NCBI GenBank assembly: GCA_016930215.1
Contig: JAFGHH010000322.1
Span: 1 to 54,578 of the forward strand
DNA from: Deltaproteobacteria bacterium
Lineage (GTDB): Bacteria; Myxococcota_A; Polyangia; DRWM01; JAAZOP01
DNA length: 54,578 nucleotides
Direction of reading: 5' to 3'
A model generated the notes under the pieces. It did not search any database. It was not told the DNA's origin and saw nothing but the letters and a program-made list of their open reading frames with translations. The position numbers and the translations under genes were made by a program. This document shows, one piece after another, positions 51,461 through 54,578 of the stretch (positions within the stretch are counted from its first letter, which is position 1; every line of letters starts with the position of its first letter).

Positions 51461-51969
51461 TGCGGTCGGCCGACCTGCTGCGGCTCGAGGGGCTGCTCGG
51501 CGTGAAGGCAGGGAGCGACCCGTCCGCGCGCTTGGAGGCCGTGGCCGCGGGTGTGCGAGCGGCCGTCGAGCGGGCCAACGAGGCGAAGCCGCGCCCTTGG
51601 TGCGACGGGTGCCCCCTACGCTGCCCGCCGCCCACCGCGGCGCTCGACACCACGTTCGGCCGCCAGGTGGCCGCCCAGTGGCTCCTCGATTGGGCCAAGG
51701 CTGGATGCGTCGCGGCGCGTCGCGCCGGCGAGGAAAGCGCGGCGTGTCAACTACTCCGACTGCAACGACGGCTTGTCGCGGCCGCGGCCCAGCGCCGCGC
51801 CGGCGAGCTGCAGGACGCCGGCGTCGCCGGCGAGAAGGAAGGGAAGAAGGCATGCCGCTGTTCGGAGAAGAAGAACGGAAAGCGTTCGAGGCGGAGCGAC
51901 GCGCGGAGGTGTTCTCGCACGTCCAGGCGACGGCTGAGGCGGCCGGCTACCAGGCGCCGCGCAAGCTGA
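51460..51969 (+). CDS. hypothetical protein (3' part doubtful)
   Basis: Listed ORF. Its N-terminal two-thirds look plausible. The last 118 nt overlap the next gene and are Arg/Ser-rich. Confidence 0.35.
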   Translation: MRSADLLRLEGLLGVKAGSDPSARLEAVAAGVRAAVERANEAKPRPWCDGCPLRCPPPTAALDTTFGRQVAAQWLLDWAKAGCVAARRAGEESAACQLLRLQRRLVAAAAQRRAGELQDAGVAGEKEGKKACRCSEKKNGKRSRRSDARRCSRTSRRRLRRPATRRRAS

Positions 51970-52238
51970 CGGAGGCGATCATGTCCGACCCCCAATTCAT
52001 ATTCACCCTCGAAGACGGCAGGTTCCACGTCGGCGGGAAGGTGGCGGGCAACTGCACCCTCGACGTCGCGCTCGAGCGGTTCGTCGGGGGACTACCGCCG
52101 GACGAGGCGAAGCGGTTCCGGCGGCCGCCGCCCACCCCGGTGGACCCCGCGGCGACGATCGCCGAAGGCTACCGCCGTGCCGATCGTGAGCGGGCGGAGA
52201 AGCTGTACGGGACGCCCTCGGGGAGGGCGGCGTCGTGA
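51852..52238 (+). CDS. hypothetical protein
   Basis: ATG 51852 is preceded by the purine-rich GGAAGGGAAGAAGG and lies within listed ORF 51330..52238. It begins MPLFGEEERKAFEAERR... Confidence 0.45.
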   Translation: MPLFGEEERKAFEAERRAEVFSHVQATAEAAGYQAPRKLTEAIMSDPQFIFTLEDGRFHVGGKVAGNCTLDVALERFVGGLPPDEAKRFRRPPPTPVDPAATIAEGYRRADRERAEKLYGTPSGRAAS

Positions 52239-52708
52239 CCGCCGACGCGGAGGTGACCGTGCGGGTCACGCGCGTGACCGAGGACCGTGCCTACACGGTC
52301 CTGCTCGCGATGCGGCGCGGGTTGCTGCCGTCGAAGCGACTCCCGGTTGGCCGCGGTGCGGATCAGGCTACGCCGCCGGAACGCGTGTGGACCGCCGGAT
52401 TCGTGGCAGGCCTGGAGTCGTTCGAGGCACTGGCGGAAGCCGGCCAGTCCGTGCCGCTGCCGGCTCGAGCCGCTCCGACGCGCTGCCGTGAGCAGCGGAT
52501 CGGCCTGACCAACGACCTGTCCCAGCGGCTGGGCGCGCTCCGGTCGGCTCTGCTCGCGGCGTACACCGTCCAGCACGGTGCCCCCGCGGAGGGCACCGAC
52601 CCGGTGCCGATCGGCCGGCTCCAGGAGGCGATCGTTGACACGGGCCTTCGGTCGCTGCGTGAGGACTGGGCCGGGGTACGTGGCCCCGCTCCGCGGGGTC
52701 GGAGGTAG
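52235..52708 (+). CDS. hypothetical protein
   Basis: 157-aa listed ORF. Its GTG start is in a GTGA overlap. Confidence 0.45.
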   Translation: MTADAEVTVRVTRVTEDRAYTVLLAMRRGLLPSKRLPVGRGADQATPPERVWTAGFVAGLESFEALAEAGQSVPLPARAAPTRCREQRIGLTNDLSQRLGALRSALLAAYTVQHGAPAEGTDPVPIGRLQEAIVDTGLRSLREDWAGVRGPAPRGRR

Positions 52709-52711
52709 ACC

Positions 52712-53905
52712 ATGGAGGGCAAGTTCCTCCCGATGCACCCGATGGGCATCGTGCTGCCGGACGGCACGGCCCTGCGACGGTGGCAGTCCTGGGAGGTCAA
52801 CTCCGACTGCCAGAAGATCCCGACCTCGAGCTGGCGAGCGACCTTCGGGCCCGCCAACCGGGCGGAGGTCAGGCGGATCGAGGCGATGCTGGCCGGGAAT
52901 CCGGTCGTGACCATCGAGCTCTGTGGAACGCCGCAGGTCACGGGCCGGGTCCAGGAACTGGACAGCTACACCTCCAGGGATCAGGGCTCGATCCTGAACG
53001 TGGCCGGTACCGACACGATGTGCTCGGCCGTCAAGGCGTCGCTCGACCTCGGCTTCCAGGCCCATGGCGCGCAGTCGGTACGTGACCTGATCGCGGCGGC
53101 CGTGGCCCGGTGGCACGTGCAGGTGGTCGGCGACGACTCGGCGGACCGTCAGGTGCGCATGACGCGCCGGCGAACAAACCCCGGCCTGCACTGCGACGAG
53201 GGCACCCTCGACGAAGAAGGGGAAACCGTCTACACGACGGAGGACCTCGCGGCAGAGCAGTCCGACGAGGTCGAGACGAAGGAGTCCAGGGAACTGCATG
53301 CGAGGCCGGGCGAGAAGGTCATCGCGTGGATCCGTCGGCTCTTGGAGGCGCACAACCTGTGCGCCTGGGTGCAGAGCGATGGCAAGCTGTGGATCGGGAG
53401 GCCGAACTACCGCCAGCCCGTAGCGATCGCGCTGCATCGGGCACACCCAAGAGAAGAACCGAACGAGGGCACGATCATCGAAGGGGGCAAGACGAGCACC
53501 CCTGGCGACCAGCTGACGTCCGTGCGCGTTGTGGGACGCGTCGGCCGTGGCGGCGAGACGCGCCTGGATGCCAGTGTGATGGACATGCAGGCGATCCTCG
53601 CCGGCTGGGACACGCCGGTCATCGAGGAGGTGCGCGACATCCGGTCTCAGGCCCAGGCCCTGGCTCGGGCAAAGCGTACGCTCGCGGAATCGCAGGTCGC
53701 CTGCTGGCGCTATGTGGCGAAGATGGCAGGGATTGGAGTCGGCCCGCGGATGCCGACCTACGGCTGCATGGTCGGCATCCACGACGACGACGAGGGTGTC
53801 CACCGCGACGCGTTCGTGATCAAGCGCCAGGTCAAAGCGAGCCGCGAGGACGCCGTCGAGACGAGGCTGGAGTGTATCCTCCCGAACCTCTGGGGGGTCG
53901 CATGA
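52712..53905 (+). CDS. phage tail/baseplate protein (Mu gpP-like, tentative)
   Basis: 397-aa listed ORF. Its N-terminal pattern (WQSWEVNSD...VTIELCGTPQVTGRVQELDSYTSRDQGSILNVAGTD) resembles Mu gpP / late-control-D-type proteins, from memory. Confidence 0.45.
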   Translation: MEGKFLPMHPMGIVLPDGTALRRWQSWEVNSDCQKIPTSSWRATFGPANRAEVRRIEAMLAGNPVVTIELCGTPQVTGRVQELDSYTSRDQGSILNVAGTDTMCSAVKASLDLGFQAHGAQSVRDLIAAAVARWHVQVVGDDSADRQVRMTRRRTNPGLHCDEGTLDEEGETVYTTEDLAAEQSDEVETKESRELHARPGEKVIAWIRRLLEAHNLCAWVQSDGKLWIGRPNYRQPVAIALHRAHPREEPNEGTIIEGGKTSTPGDQLTSVRVVGRVGRGGETRLDASVMDMQAILAGWDTPVIEEVRDIRSQAQALARAKRTLAESQVACWRYVAKMAGIGVGPRMPTYGCMVGIHDDDEGVHRDAFVIKRQVKASREDAVETRLECILPNLWGVA

Positions 53906-53949
53906 ACGCGGCCGATCCTCCCAAGTAGCGGCACAGTGGGCGCAGCAAC

Positions 53950-54525
53950 ATGATCGACGCACGGGCGGTATCAACACCTGTCTTTGCCGACGACCTCCGA
54001 CACCAGCTTGTCGACTCCGGCTTGCATCCTGGCTCGGCCGCGTCGTTCCTCCGCGTGCTCCTGTTGTCGTGCGAGGCGGTCGCGCACCGTGAGGCCGCCG
54101 CCCAGGCAGCCGCGCTGCACCGTGGTCTACCCCCCGGCCCGGACGCTGCGAACTCCCGCGCCATCCGCCGCACCCTGCTCGACTACCTGGTGAACGTCGG
54201 CCGCCGCGAGGAACTGGCGGCTCGCTGGTGTTCGACCGCTGCCCGCCGGCAGGCGACGGCTCGGACGAGGTGCGCGGCGGAGGCCTGCGCCAGGAGGACC
54301 GCGGGGCAGCCGGCGATCCTTGAGCTGGATGGCGTGCGGATCGTCTTGGCCGGCGGCTTGCTGCCGGCGGTCGGCGGAGACCAGCCGTTCGGCGGGGCCG
54401 GGCCGGCGGTCGAGCGGGTCGCCCTGGAGCACGACGACGAGGACTGGGAGGCCGAGGTGGAGTCGGCGCGACGTGCGGCCGACGACTTGGTGCGGGGCCT
54501 CCGCGCGGGAAGGGGCGAGGGATGA
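53950..54525 (+). CDS. hypothetical protein
   Basis: 191-aa listed ORF. Its stop overlaps the next ATG (ATGA). Confidence 0.4.
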   Translation: MIDARAVSTPVFADDLRHQLVDSGLHPGSAASFLRVLLLSCEAVAHREAAAQAAALHRGLPPGPDAANSRAIRRTLLDYLVNVGRREELAARWCSTAARRQATARTRCAAEACARRTAGQPAILELDGVRIVLAGGLLPAVGGDQPFGGAGPAVERVALEHDDEDWEAEVESARRAADDLVRGLRAGRGEG

Positions 54526-54578
54526 ACGACGAGACGAAGTTGACTCCGGACCAGGAACGCAAGCTCCGCGACGTGCCG
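54522..54578 (+). CDS. hypothetical protein, 5' fragment cut by the window edge
   Basis: ATG 54522 is in an ATGA overlap. It begins MNDETKLTPDQERKLRDVP. Confidence 0.3.
   Translation, partial: MNDETKLTPDQERKLRDVP

Larger units (their letters stand above)
45422..54578. mobile_element. prophage-like integrated island (left end at the tRNA fragment, right end beyond the window)
   Basis: The tRNA 3' fragment is oriented so that the island lies to its right. The region carries Xis/AlpA-like HTH genes, a replication-initiator-like gene, a DnaC-like gene and a Mu gpP-like gene, with many 4-nt gene overlaps. No integrase is seen. Confidence 0.5.

Noticed and set aside
45422-54578. Integrase, transposase or IS element in the island.
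   Set aside because: No ORF shows tyrosine or serine recombinase or DDE motifs. The integrase is expected near the intact tRNA beyond the right edge.

Overview
Very GC-rich 54.6-kb window. Gene content looks myxobacterial or deltaproteobacterial (ECF sigma/FecR pairs, hybrid kinases, many lipoproteins, defensin-like Cys motifs); that assignment is inference. Because of the GC content most long listed ORFs are antisense or overlapping artefacts, rich in Arg/Ala/Gly/Pro. I chose frames by amino-acid composition, recognisable motifs, and start/stop coupling. The window has three zones.

Zone 1 (1..33604) is a dense Fe-S/radical-SAM supercluster. It has 11 genes with 12 predicted radical SAM cores: class-B B12-binding type, SPASM type, and a four-member paralog family with a Cx2Cx5C tail. 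These surround a nitrogenase-like NifH/NifD/NifK three-gene module. Also present are a 2x[4Fe-4S] ferredoxin-domain protein, two paralogous G3E-type GTPases with C-terminal CxxC, an orphan ABC ATPase, an RsmI/TP-methylase-fold protein, a sulfotransferase-like protein, a TPR protein, HxsB/HxsD-like genes and lipoproteins. I know of no characterised pathway with this combination, and it is my main candidate for a novel system.

Zone 2 (33703..45367) is ordinary signalling and envelope content: a PAS hybrid histidine kinase, an HD-GYP response regulator, a cyclophilin lipoprotein, an HD hydrolase, a lipase-like hydrolase, and an ECF sigma/anti-sigma operon ending in a lipoprotein with a CS-alpha/beta defensin-like motif.

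Zone 3 (about 45375 to the right edge) starts with a 3' fragment of tRNA-Arg(TCG), a likely att remnant. It is followed by a prophage-like island with a second defensin-like lipoprotein, three Xis/AlpA-type HTH genes, a replication-initiator-like gene that contains iterons plus a 12-nt tandem repeat, a DnaC-like loader, and a Mu gpP-like tail protein. No integrase is visible in the window.

I recognised no rRNA gene, intact tRNA gene, CRISPR array or IS element. All family assignments come from motifs read by eye and need profile searches.
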